From Octopus vulgaris (Eukaryota): DNA of 64,000 bases. Position 1 is the stretch's first letter, and every line of letters begins with the position of its first letter. Both the position numbers and the translations under genes were made by a program. The stretch spans positions 68,014,001 through 68,078,000 of the forward strand of contig OX597825.1 of assembly GCA_951406725.2 (NCBI GenBank), read 5' to 3'. Positions 1-13,348 of this stretch are shown piece after piece. The notes beneath the pieces are model-generated. The model made no database searches. It saw nothing but the letters and a program-made list of their open reading frames with translations, and was not told where the DNA came from.

Positions 1-82
1 TCTCAAACTAATACACCTGCTTGCTGTTCATACCCTTGTCTTCGTCTCTTGTTTTTCTGTAAATTTCAATTATGTGTAAATG

Positions 83-134
<52 letters not shown>

Positions 135-1470
135 TATGGCTGTGTGGTAGGAACCTGGCTTTCCAACCACATGGTTCCAGATTCAATACCACCGCATGGC
201 ACCTTTGGCAAGTGTCTTCTACTATAGCCTTGGGCCAATCAAAGCCTTATGAGTGGATTTGGTAAACGGAAACTGAAAGAAGCCTGTCATGTGAGTGTGT
301 GTGTGAGTATCTATGTGTACGTGTCATTGTGTCTTTGTTTGCCCCCCATCACCACTTGACTGCCGGTGTTGGTGTGTTTACATCCCGATAACTTAGCATT
401 TCAGGAAAAGTGACTGAAAAAATAAGTACTAGGCTTAAAAAATAATTCCTATAATTGATTCATTCGACTAAAACTCTTTAAGGTGGTGCTCCAGCATGGC
501 CACAGTAAAAAAAAACTGAAGCAAGTAAAAGAGCAGAAGAATGTGTGTGTGTGTGTGTGAGTGTGTGTATCTCTCAAGACTTTAGTCAGCCCGAGGCTAC
601 AGTATAAGAAACTTGCCCAAGGTGCCAATCAGTGGAATTGAACCCAGAACCATTTGGTTGGGAAGCAAGCTTCTTACCACACAACCATGTCTACCCTACT
701 TAATATGAATGAACTTCAAGAATGCCATATTACTGTGATATTTACCCTGTGGAAACATCTCATATAGATGTATACTTTCATATTTAGAAGAAATTTTGTA
801 TTATAATTTTGTTGTTGATTAGTGCAAATTAATTTTTGTCTTGATTGAGGCATTCCAGCCTGGACAATCCAGACTTTTACCAAGGCAGAGTGCAGCCTGG
901 AGCATCATAAACAAAAGTATTCTTCCAAACTACTCAAGCCTATAGAACATTCAATTTAAGGGAAATTTGGCTGCTATTTCTAGCAGACAAGGCAACTGGG
1001 TAGGACCTCCTTGGATAGCTTGCATTATAGAAAATATACATGGAGATGTACTCCCAATTTTTTTGTAACAGCTTTTTCTCCTTCATAAACAAAGAAGACT
1101 AAATCAAACAGAAGAATCAATAAGTGTTACTAAAGTAAGCAAAAATTATATATATACTTTGATGGTTCTCTGAAATAGGTCAATATCTATAATATATAGT
1201 GTGTAATAATGTAATATCTAAAACCATTGATAAGATTTAAAGCTAAAAGCTTTCGGAAAACCGTGCAGGAGTATTGAACTATCTTGCTGTTACATAATTA
1301 TGCTCACAAAGGCAACATTACATACACACACACACACACACACACACATACACACACACACACATATACATGCAGATGTATGCACACACACACACAAACA
1401 CTTATACTATGAGTATGCATAGATATGTGATATACGTGTGTGTACGTACTGATATATGTATATGTGTGTG

Positions 1471-1532
<62 letters not shown>

Positions 1533-1598
1533 GGGTTGATTCGGGGTTAACCACAGTAAGTAAGGTACTCAATACATAGCAGAGTAAAATTAATTTAT

Positions 1599-1705
1599 TA
1601 TATAGAAGGAGCTTATACAGATAACTGTTTCATTCAAGAGAAATCTTCAGGAAGATTTCCTGAAGATTTCTCTTAAATGAAACAGTACTAGTCCTGTATA
1701 ACTCC

Positions 1706-1714
<9 letters not shown>
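1599..1714. repeat. Inverted duplication of a hammerhead-core-bearing segment
   Basis: The arm tatatagaaggag...tcttcagga faces tcctgaaga...ctccttctatata. Each arm carries CUGAAGA...GAAACAG. The minus arm has stem III ACAG-uuau-CUGU followed by A. Confidence 0.7.
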
Positions 1715-1769
<55 letters not shown>

Positions 1770-1846
1770 TTATATGTAAAGGTTATGATAATGTTGCTGA
1801 TGATGATAATGATGATATATATATATAAATATACATATATATATAT

Positions 1847-1887
<41 letters not shown>

Positions 1888-1904
1888 TGTATATGTGTGT
1901 GTGC

Positions 1905-1943
<39 letters not shown>

Positions 1944-3209
1944 CCATGTTGGACTGCTGAACTCTACAAGTTTTTTCATTCTCTCTCTGTTTATTTTCTC
2001 CTTTTCCTTTCTGTTGAAGAGCATAGGCTCGAAATGTAAAAGACCTTTTCATTTTTCCCGAGCATCAAACTAACACACTTGTCATTCATACACCTGTCTT
2101 CATCTTTTGTTTTTCTATAAATTTCAACTATATATATATATATATATCGCTAAATTCTCAAGTTTTTTTTTATTCCCTCTCTGTTTATTTCTTCATATTC
2201 CTTTCTGTTGAAGAGCGTAGGCTCAAAACATAAGACTTTCTCACTTTCCTGAACATCAAACTAATACACCTGCTTGTTGTTCATATGGCTCTGTGGTAGG
2301 AAAATGGCTTTCCAACCACATGGTTCCAGATTCAATACCACTACATGGCACCTTTGGCAAGTGTCTTCTACTATAGCCTGGGGCCAACCAAAGCCTTATG
2401 AGTGAATTTGGGAGAGAGAACATGTGCCAGTAAGGCGATGCAGGTAACGATCACGCTCAAATGTTTTTTCACGTGCCACCAGCACAAGTGCCAGTAAGGT
2501 GACGCAGGTAATGATCACGCTCGAATGGTGCATCTTATGTGCCACTGGCATGGAAGCCAGTTTGTTGCTTTAGTAACGATCACACTCGTATGGTACTCTT
2601 AGTGCTCCACTAGCATGGATGGCAGTCATCGAATTTGATTTCAATTTCAATTTCACTTACGTCAACAGGTCTTCGCAAGCAGAGTTTAGTGTCCAATGAA
2701 GGAAAGGTACGCATAAGTGGGCTGGTTACACCCCTGGCATAATAATCATCATCATCATCATTTAGCGTCCACTTTCCATGCTAGCATGGGTTGGATGGTT
2801 CAACTGGGGTCTGGGAGACCAGAAAGCTGCACCAGGCCCAGTCTGATCTGGCAATGTTTCTACGGCTGAATGCCCTTCCTAATGCCAACCACTCCGTGAG
2901 TGTAGTGGGTGCTTTTTACGTGCCACCGGCACAGGTGCCAGACGGGGCTGGCAAACGGCCACAGTCGGATGGTGCTTTTTACGTGCCACTGGCATGGGGG
3001 CCAGGCGAGGCTGGCAGCGGCCATGTTCGGATGGTTCACTTACGTGCCACCGACACTGGTATCACAGCTACAATTTCCATTGATGTTGAAATAATAATAA
3101 TAATAATAATAATATTAATAATAATAAGGATTATTACTATTGTAACATAGGTACTCGTTGCCAATTATGTAGTATCACCACTATTAACAATGATATTTGT
3201 TTAGGCTAT

Positions 3210-3625
3210 ACTCTTTCTCTTTTTTACTCTTTTACTTGTTTCAGTCATTTGACTGTGGCCATGCTGGAGCACCGCCTTTAGTCGAGCAAATCGACCCCGG
3301 GACTTATTCTTTGTAAGCCCAGTACTTATTCTATCGGTCTCTTTTGCCGAACCGCTAAGTGACGGGGACGTAAACACACCAGCATCAGTTGTCAAGCAAT
3401 GCTAGGGGGACAAACACAGACACACAAACATATACACACACACATATATATACACATATATACGACAGGCTTCTTTCAGTTTCCGTCTACCAAATCCACT
3501 CACAAGGCATTGGTCGGCCCGGGGCTATAGCAGAAGACACTTGCCCAAGATGCCACGCAGTGGGACTGAACCCGGAACCATGTGGTTGGTTAGCAAGCTA
3601 CTTACCACACAGCCACTCCTGTGCC
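3210..3625 (-). mobile_element. SINE family A full copy
   Basis: Near-identical reverse complement of 45324-45740. Confidence 0.9.
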
Positions 3626-3936
3626 TATAACAGTGTAGTAACAATAAATATATAAAGATGCAGGGTAACATCACCATAACAATCCAACAAACTCTCCATG
3701 AACTATACACAAACGAACAAACGATATTTTGACAAACTACCAAAATGATACCTTATGACTTCCTGCGATTAACGCCTACTCTTTCACTCAGACTGCTAGT
3801 ATTTATAGTGATTCAGTCAAGTCTATTCTCGCAGGGGGTATCGTAACTCTCGCCACAACAATTACAAAGTTGCATAGCATTATCTTTAATTCTTTTAATA
3901 TATAATAAGCTTTACATAGACCTACACACACATATA

Positions 3937-4450
3937 TCTATTATATAAAATCAGTTCTATATGTCTGTGTGTGTGTCTTCTAGGATCTCGGGCATCCTCC
4001 ATCTGATTGCGCTCAAATTTGATATGTAGATACTGACGGTATCAGGGCATGTGTAAGTCTTGAAAAAATTACAAAAATCACCTGGAATTACAAAAATCGA
4101 TTCCAGGTGAGAATGCAATCGATAACGCCGTTTTTGTCCAGCTTTTCTTTCATCAACCTGTACATAACTGCACCTTCCCATTTTTGTTGTTTTTGTACTG
4201 CTTAAAGGTACGTTTCTTTCCTGCCAAGCTTACTGTTTAAACCATGTTTATGTTCTCCCAGTCAACAGCCTTATCATTACTGGTACTTTCAACTCTTTGG
4301 TTGCATATTTGTGTGAATAAAATCGTTTTTCTTTAGAATAGAAAAAAAGTCTATCTTTATTTCTTCTTTTGCTGGTGTCTCAAATTTAGGTTAAATTAAT
4401 GTTTCTCAAAGGGGAGGTCTATGGGATGGTCGGACAAGTTGCTTTGAGAA
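3937..4450 (+). mobile_element. Non-autonomous Helitron-like element, 5' part
   Basis: Starts A|TCTATTATATAAAA, followed by ctgtgtgtgtgtc and ...gattgcgctcaaatttg, resembling non-autonomous Helitron 5' ends. Confidence 0.45.
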
Positions 4451-5029
4451 AATTTGGTTTAAATGTTTGACAACTCAGCACCGTCCATTGGACGGGGGTG
4501 TTTTCCTCATATATACATATATATATATATACAGTGGGTATGTCAGTGTAAATGGTAGCACACTTGTCACAAAAACATAGAGGTTGGGGGTTCAAGACCC
4601 ATGCGAACAGAAAACACATTTTTTCCCATTGAGGGAAAGCTTATAAAATATTATTATTATTTACAGAATTGTAAAACTTAGCACCGCTTAATAAATCATC
4701 ACAGAAAACACACACACTCATCTGTTTATGCCTATATATATGTATATATATGCATGTATGTCATCATCATCGTTTAACGTCCGCTTTCCATGCTAGCATG
4801 GGTTGGACAATTTAACTGAGGTCTGGTGAAGCAGATGGCTGCACCAGACTCCAATCTGATCTGGCAGCGTTTCTACAGCTTGATGCCCTTCCTAATGCCA
4901 ACCACTCCGAGAGTGTAATAACGCCAACCACTCCAAGAGCATACTAACACCAACCACTCCAAGAGTGTATTAACGCCAACCACTCCAAGAATGTAAAACG
5001 CCAACCACTCCGAGAGTGTAATATATTAA

Positions 5030-6089
5030 GAAAAAGATGGAGAAGGTTCAGAGAACTTTTACCTCTGTTGGAAACCAGAGGTCCCTCTCTCTCTCTAGGT
5101 GAAAGGAATATTGTATGATGCATGTGTACAAGCTGCAATGCTACATGGAAATAAGACTCAGGTCCTGAATGCAGAGGACATGTGAAGACTAAAGAGGAAT
5201 GAAGCTGGTATGCTTCACTGTATGAGCAATATCAGTATACATGTGTGACAGAGCACAAATGTATTGAGAGAAAAAAGGCATAAATGGAATTATATACAGT
5301 GTGCAAGAGAGGATATTGTACAGGTTTGGTCACATGATGTAAATGGATGAAGACAGTGGCATAAAGAAGTGCCAATCACGGGTCATGCCCTCCATCGTCA
5401 ACCAGGAGAATTCATCTACCGAGCAATTGCCCTAGCTCCCCTTCAGTGTTGGCGAAAGCGATGTGATGGACAACAAAAACACCTGTCTGATGACGGTCAA
5501 GGCTGATCTGGAACCCAACCTAGGCCCCCGTATCTACGGCGTTCACCTGTGGAATAAGGAGTGGTTGGAGATCACACGGTCGTTGGCCTCAAATCACCAG
5601 GCCTGGTCGGCATTTGTGAGAGATGTAGCATTGAGGATGAATGAAGCCAGCTCAACCCACCCCGGGTGAATGCTGTCTCAAGACAAGACAAGACAATCAC
5701 TTTAGGTGGAGAGAAATTGTGAAAGAGGAAAATCCAGAAACAGGAAGAATTGAAAGCCAATCTCAAAACGCTGAGCCTTATAAAGGAGGTCCTGGATATT
5801 TGGTACATTGCTGTACTCAAGAAGATCTGCCTGCCACACAGAATTGATATCCTAAAACCAAGATGCCATGTAAAAACCGCTGGTGTTGGCACTGATGACA
5901 CGTAAAAAGTACTGGTGATGGTACCATGTAAAAAAGTACCCAGTACGTCTGCGAAGTGGTTGGTGTTAGGAAGAGCATCCAGTTGTAGAGACCAAGCCAA
6001 AATAGACTGTGGAACCCGGTGCAGCCTCTGTCCCTTGCCAGTTCCTGTCAAGCCATCCAACCTATGCCAGCTTCGGAAACAAACATTAA

Positions 6090-6148
<59 letters not shown>

Positions 6149-6180
6149 AATGATGATGATGATGACGACGATGATGATGT
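5030..6180 (+). mobile_element. RTE-clade LINE 3' fragment with (GAT)n tail, carrying a nested second RTE
   Basis: Decayed WRRFRELLPLL...LYDACVQAAMLHG...RLKRNEAGML...FGHMM, followed by 3' UTR and (GAT)n. Confidence 0.75.
5380..5693 (+). mobile_element. Nested RTE-like LINE 3' end with 7-bp TSD
   Basis: TSD caatcac at 5373-5379 and 5694-5700. The ORF ends ...AWSAFVRDV..EASSTHPG*, followed by a (CAAGA)n tail. Confidence 0.8.
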
Positions 6181-6480
6181 TTGTGTGTGTGTGTCTGTCT
6201 AAATATATATATATATATATATACATATAGATAGATATATACATACATATATACACAAGCACATACATACATACATACATACACATGCACACATACATAA
6301 TGAGAGAGAGCAGGAAAGATGGAGAGTGAGAGAGTTCCTCGATTTTTTTTTAAAACAGTGCAGCACTCATAATTTACAAATTTATAGAACATATCAAATG
6401 TTGTGTGCACATGGCAAATATTCCAGACTTCTTCTTGTTCTCATCATTGTTCTTGTAGTTGTTGCTATTCTTGTTGTTGC

Positions 6481-6513
<33 letters not shown>

Positions 6514-6660
6514 AGCCCAAATGATTCAAGCAGAGAGCAATAACAGCAGTCAGTACAATAAAAGCCTTCCTACCTCACCATTAATAACATGGAATAGCCC
6601 AAAGCTGTATTTAAAGAGACTATTTTATATAAATATACATACATACATATATATATATAT

Positions 6661-6691
<31 letters not shown>

Positions 6692-6700
6692 ATGCATATA

Positions 6701-6820
<120 letters not shown>

Positions 6821-6852
6821 TATATGTATATACTTATATAAATTTGCACTGC

Positions 6853-6910
6853 TCTCTCTCTGAAGATGAGTTTGCATTAGGAATCGAAACACGGTGCTAT
6901 GTCTGGGAGA
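6853..6910 (+). ncRNA. Degenerate hammerhead motif in a (TA)n-flanked element
   Basis: ucucucu-CUGAAGA-u-GAGUUU..GGAAUC-GAAA-CA cggugcua U-GUC/ugggaga, with imperfect stems. Confidence 0.35.
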
Positions 6911-7163
6911 AATTGATATGCATGTTAATATTTATGTTCTTAATTCTAAGTTCATATTGTACATATATATCATTGCATGTATATTAAATTACATTATTTT
7001 ATCTATGTTTAATATATAAGGTCATGGCTTCCCTTTGTCAGATTGCAGGCATCATGATGGCAACTAGGCTGTTTCCTTGTCTTTCTCTCTCTCTGGGTTT
7101 TTTTCCATGTTTTATAATATATGATATATATGGATATATACATATATATATAAATGATATATA

Positions 7164-7269
<106 letters not shown>

Positions 7270-7348
7270 GTATGTATATATATGTGTATAAACTATATGA
7301 ACACAAAGATATATACATACATATAAACATATACATATACATATATAC

Positions 7349-7435
<87 letters not shown>

Positions 7436-8764
7436 CATGTAACTATATAAAATATACATCCCACGCTAGCATGGAAGGCGGACGCTAAAAGATGATGATG
7501 ATGATGATCCACGCATATATTATAATTACATATATATTACAATAAATACATATATGAGCATATATGTATATGTATATTATATTATACATATATGCACACG
7601 GAGAGTAACAAATGCACACATAAATACATGTGTGCATGTGTATGTATATGCATATGTGTATGTGTATGTATTTGAGTACATGTATGTGTGTGTGTATGTG
7701 TGTGTGCTTGTGAGTGTGTGGTATGTGTGCATGTTTGTGTGTGTACATATACTTTTACGAAATATTCTACTCAATATAATGTTCTTTCATGCTTGTGGAG
7801 TAACAGGATTACCAGACCAGAATGTTCCATATATATTCCAGATTGGAATCTTCCACACACATACACACTCAAACAAAAATACACAAACATATTCATGCAC
7901 ACACATGCACAAAAACACACATGCACATACACACATACACACATACACACACAAACACACACACACATATGCATGTGCACAGACACACAGACACACAGAC
8001 ACATACACACAAACACACACATATACCCAAATACACACACACACAAACACACACGTGCACACAGCACACACATACACACAAACACATTCATGCACATACA
8101 CACACATGCATACACACACACACACACATGCATACTCTCACACACATATGCATGTGCACACAGACACACGCACAAACGCACATGCAAATGCACATACACA
8201 TGTACACAAATATACATATATACACAAATACACACATGCATACGCACACACACACATACATACACATAGACACACATACATACATACACGTATACACACA
8301 CACACGCCTACACAGACACACACACATACACACACACATATGAAAGTATTTCTAAAAAGTGATACAATTTCTGTTTTCTGTTCGTACATAAGATCCAAAT
8401 AAATTTACACGTAGACATGTAATAGACATACATCTAGCTTCATTATAGAAACAGGCTCTGGGAGTGAGACCACGGAATAAACAGCCTGACTAGTTTCACC
8501 TGGTCATTACCAGCTCATCAAGAGTGGTAACTCCATCTATGCCACAGAGTGTTGTAAATATATTTAGATTGGAAATGTAGCTTTTCGGTATTTTATCTTT
8601 TACTTGTTTCAGTTACTGCACTGTGGCCATGCTGGGGCATTGTCTTGAAGGGTTTAGTAGAACAAATCAACCCCAGTATTTAGTTTTGAAGCCTTGTGCT
8701 TACTCTTTTGATCTGCAAGGTTATAGGAACATAAACTATCCTAGTTTAACCCCAGGCATTAAGG

Positions 8765-8820
8765 GTTTGCTGATGAGGATTAAAATGGTCAACATCAAAA
8801 TCCGAAATCGTGATCCGACT
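8765..8820 (+). ncRNA. Type I hammerhead ribozyme
   Basis: guuug-CUGAUGA-GGAUU...AAUCC-GAAA-UCGUG-AUC/cgacu. Stem II is 5 bp, stem III is near-palindromic (AUCGUGAU), and stem I is weak. Confidence 0.65.
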
Positions 8821-9349
8821 ATGTACACTGGGGACTTACCTCCCTTTGTCAGTCATTAAGACAGAGCTTTTATGGCTTTTCAGTTGTTTTAACTCTTATT
8901 TTTAGCAAAACTGGTGCTTGTCAGTGACCTCTATTAGTTTTGCCTTTATGTTCTAAATGCTAATAAACCACCCTTTTTGATTTGTTATATCCAGAGAGGA
9001 GTGGACAGCGTGCTGTGACCAGCGGTGTCAAATGGACACCTGACGGACTGGTCAGTCAAGGTGATCAAGGTGATATATCTGTGCATGTGTATGCGTGTGT
9101 GTTTGTGACTGTGTTTGTCTCCCACCACCACTTGACAACTGGTGTTGGTGTGTTTATGTCCTTTAACTTACCAGTTCTGCAAAAGAGACCAATAGATTAA
9201 GAACTGGGGTCGTTCAACTAAAAATCCCTTGAAACCAGTGTCCCAGCATGGCCTCAGTCAAATGACTGTAACCGGCAAAAGATAAATGATTAAAGGTGTA
9301 AATGATCATATTTTGTTACCATACAAGAGGAATGATGTGTTAGATAACG

Positions 9350-9389
<40 letters not shown>

Positions 9390-9404
9390 TATATATAATA
9401 TAAA

Positions 9405-9803
9405 TTGGACATAGGCGATCATTGTATTCTTCCTTGTCTTGAGGTTCACAGCCAAACGGCTGGATGGATTCACGTGTAAAATGGCACAGATGTGGAATTG
9501 GGTGCATAGATTGGAATGCAGTTTGTATTTTTTTCATAACCCCCCATACTTACCGAGAAAATCGATTAAAATTTTTTCTAATGGAATTTTCCTCTTTCTT
9601 CTGCCATTAAAACAACCAGTTGCTTAGGAGTTGTTTTCTGACAGGATGGGGGTCAGGAAATTTTCATATAATTGGAGACTTCAATCGAAACAGGAGACCC
9701 GAAATGATAAGGTTGACAAACGCTGTTATAGATTATGCCTAACCGAAAACAATCACAGCCACATCATCCAAACAGACCAGGTGAAACCGGGCTTAGCTGC
9801 TAG
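9405..9803 (+). mobile_element. Helitron-like 3' end
   Basis: An imperfect hairpin ccaggtgaaaccgg lies ~10 nt before the terminal CTAG (9800-9803), which is followed by T. Confidence 0.55.
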
Positions 9804-9813
9804 TATATATATA

Positions 9814-10232
9814 TAAATAAATGGAGTTTAATGCAGATGTAATTCAAATACTTTTACTTCCAACACATGTTTCGAGGATATTACTGATATTATTCCAAAG
9901 GAATAAAATGGTGTAAAACAATGTAATCTTCTCTTCAGGGAAGTGAAGAAATGAAACTCATCAATAAGACATTTTAATAGAAAATGAGGGATATGTATAG
10001 TGATTTACTGAACACTATTAATATTATTTGAAAAAACATATGATATAACGTCAGAGGTAGCCTATAGAAAGAGGAGGAATAAATTAAGGAAAAGTTAAAT
10101 AAATAAGAAGTATATGACCATATGTATATTAAATAAAACCTTATAAATTAGGAAAATATCAGTGATATCTTCGAAACATGTGTCGGAGGTAAAAGTATTT
10201 GAATTACACATGCATTAAACTTCATTTATTTA
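9814..10232. repeat. Inverted repeat (~80-bp arms) covering the 3' half of a hammerhead
   Basis: The arm at ~9814-9891 is the diverged reverse complement of ~10155-10232. Confidence 0.8.
9856..9944 (-). ncRNA. Type I hammerhead ribozyme
   Basis: ACUUCC-CUGAAGA-GAAGAUUAC...GUAAUAUCCUC-GAAA-CAUGU-GUU/GGAAGU. Stem I is a perfect 6 bp. The inverted partner copy at ~10170-10190 retains GUC. Confidence 0.7.
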
Positions 10233-11335
10233 TTTATATATTACAAAAAAAATTTCACGTAAACCCGAAGAAAGAGTTACAACCTCTTTACTTGTGTGAT
10301 TTTTTGCTACCCTGGTAACTATTTATCCATTTTTTTCCCGTGTTAATTGTTAACAAGGGAAAAATACACACATCTATTTATATTTATATATATATACTGT
10401 CCCTGGAAAAAAAATTTAAAAAAAGAGAGGAATTTCAGGGCTGGAACATATTTTATCATTGTCCTGTGAATCAAGGCTGAGCTGGAGCTAAGCAACAACC
10501 AACAACAACAACATAGCAGTAACAAGGATCAAAATAAAGTGAAATATTAGACTTAGATAAGATTATCTATCACAATTACTAACATTTAAACCAATTTAAT
10601 GAGATCACAGCAAGGGGTCTCTGCTTATTTTGTCATAATTTCTGAAGAATGTGTCCAACTGATATTCACAATGGCTACACAGGGAGGAATTCTGTTTAAA
10701 ATCTGTTCAAGAATATTCTCTATGGAATCTTAGTAACAACAAAAACAACAACAACAATCATATACAAAGTTATCACATATTTTCTTGCTGTCTCTTTTCC
10801 TATTGTTATACGTTCAATATGATTCTCAGAGATGTGAAGTAAACACCCAGGGGATAAAGACTGCACAATATATTTCATTCTATGGCTGTCAGTTACATTC
10901 AAAGAAGACTTAAGATTACATGATAAATGCTGATGAATAAAGTCAGAAAGCAATAATTAAAGAATATTCTCATCTCGGGAGGTTTCCTGCCAATTTTAGC
11001 TAAGTGCTTACATTAAAGAGATATACTGCATAATTCTGAAGATCTAACAGATTTTCTTTCCCTACCACTTCCATTGTTTACATAAATATTAGATTTGTAA
11101 AAATCCAGTGATGCACCACAGGTATTGAAATACGGTGTGTTGGATATTATAATGAGAAGTAAATTTGAAATTTGTACTATGGGAATAAAATGTAATATAT
11201 TTAAATGACAGAATATTGTAACCGAATACCAAATTCTATTGTAATCTCTCTTTTCAGCGCCATGTGATCACTCCCAACCTCACTTCTAAAATGTGAGTAA
11301 TTGATTTATGTCTACCACCCAAATAGGCTATGGTA

Positions 11336-11937
11336 GGATTTGAACTCAGAATGCAAAGGACCATAGCAAATACCTCAAAACATCCTGTCTGATACTTTAA
11401 CAATTCTGCGACTTTGCTATCCTTACACTGGTACTTAATTTTATTGCTCAGGAAAGATGAAAGGCAAAGTGGACCTCAGTGGAATTTGAACTCAGAATGC
11501 AAAGGACCATAGCAAATACCTCAAAACATCCTGTCTGATACTTTAACAATTCTGAGACTTTGGTATCCTTATACTGGTACTTAATTTTATTGCTCAGGAA
11601 AGATGAAAGGCAAAGTGGACCTCAGTGGAATTTGAACTCAGAATGCAAAGGACCATAGCAAATACCTCAAAACATCCTGTCTGATACTTTAACAATTCTG
11701 CAACTTTGCTACCCCTACACTGGTACTTAATTTTATTGCTCAGGAAAGATGAAAGGCAAAGTGGACCTCAGTGGAATTTGAACTCAGAATGCAAAGGACC
11801 ATAGCAAATACCTCAAAACATCCTGTCTGATACTTTAACAATTCTGAGACTTTGCTATCCTTATACTGGTACTTAATTTTATTGCTCAGGAACGCTGAAA
11901 GGCAAAATTGACCTCAGTGGAATTTGAACTCTGAATG
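11336..11937. repeat. 146-bp tandem array (~4.1 units) derived from SINE family C
   Basis: tgaactc recurs at 11341, 11487, 11633, 11779 and 11925. The units are near-identical over their whole length. Confidence 0.95.
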
Positions 11938-13318
11938 TAAGGAGCCAAACAAAATGCTGCAACTCTGTAGAAAATACTTTAACACACTCTAATGGATCCA
12001 ACACTAAAATGTAAGTTATTTAGTCTAGTGTCTTCCGTCTCTGTCACCTCTCTGTTTCTATATCGTATTTATGAATCTAAGGGCAGCGAATAGAAGTACA
12101 TTTGCCAGCAGTGGAAACAGTATGCTTTATTGAATGTAGGTCACTAGTTCAAATCCTAATGGGATCAACTTTGCCTATCATTCTGGAACTTATCAAACAA
12201 TTACTCTAAAATACTGAAGTCAATTCAATTTACAATAGCTCTCCCAGTAAATATTGAACTTTTCATTTATTTTTTCCTTTCATTTTTTTTTTCTTTTCTT
12301 TTCTGATATTGCAGTCAGATCCTTCCCTAATAAGCTACCCACCATTTCCCTAAAGTTCCAGAACAAAATAACTTCAATAGAAATATAGAACGTTTTACCA
12401 ATAAAGTCAGAACCTACATTACTATTTTTTGATTTTTTTTTTCTTTTTAACTTCACAGACATCAAACAAAGACTAAAAACTCTTGCAGTTTTTTCAGCCT
12501 GCTCAGAAAGAGAGAAAGCTGACCAACACTACGTGACAACATCATAACAGACTGGTTATAAACATCTCAAAACTTATATTACACAGAAACCAGATTGATC
12601 TACTTCATGTTGAGACAATATAATTTATAAATGGGGTGAGTGGGATAAAAGGTGCTCTCCATCAAATTGGTTTCAAGTAACACCAACAGAAAGGAACTCT
12701 ATTCAGTTCCATATTTTTTTTGTTTTTTCTTTGTTGTTTTTACTTGTTTATTTTTCTGTCACTTTTTTTTTTATTTTTGGTAATTACAAGGAATTGATTC
12801 AAAAAAAAAAAAGAACAATGATTGGTTTTAACAGAATTTCAAATATACCTGAAATGAAGACACTAATATATTTATCCACAAAGAACAAATTACACATTCC
12901 TTTTGACTGATTTCTTTTTAATATTAACAAATATTGCTGGTAAATCAATAAAGTCCAATATTTAGAGAGATCACACAAAACTTTGTAAGGCAAGAATACA
13001 TTATTTTAACAGTATGACAATAATCATAACATCAATACTGGTAAATAATCACACAATAATATACTAAAGGAGCATTATTAATAGCCATAAAAATCTACGT
13101 AAACTATTCATTATTAACAGCAATGATTTCATTTTATCACAGTCTTTGGGGGTCTAATGGTTCTAACAATGTATAATCGCTGCAGGCAATGTTACTACAT
13201 TAAATCTGCTTTCTACAAGAACTCGCTATGTAAAAGCCAAATCAAACAGACAAGATGTCAAACCTAGCATGTGCATGCACTGAACACAAACAAAATAGCC
13301 CTGCAGCAATCCACTTAC

Positions 13319-13348
13319 CGACTGGGTTATCTTGTTCGCAAGTAACAT
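13319..13348 (-). CDS. Candidate 30-nt frame-preserving microexon, probably of the arrestin-domain gene
   Basis: ttttgtttccatgcctccacag|ATGTTACTTGCGAACAAGATAACCCAGTCG|gtaagtgg has a strong acceptor and donor. It is phase 1/1 like the upstream exon and reads (D)VTCEQDNPV with no stop. There is a UGC in the pyrimidine tract and a TGCATG about 40 nt downstream (13274-13279). Confidence 0.6.

Noticed and set aside
4533-4612. tRNA-like sequence (and similar SINE heads elsewhere)
   Set aside because: A and B boxes are present but there is no complete cloverleaf, so it is treated as a repeat-derived head and not a tRNA gene.
10370-10435. Strong minus-strand acceptor (ttttttttccag)
   Set aside because: It is followed by a TA-rich run with an in-phase stop and no good donor.
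11336-11937. CRISPR-like regularly spaced repeats
   Set aside because: Units are similar along their full length with no unique spacers, they are SINE-derived, and there are no cas genes in this eukaryotic context.
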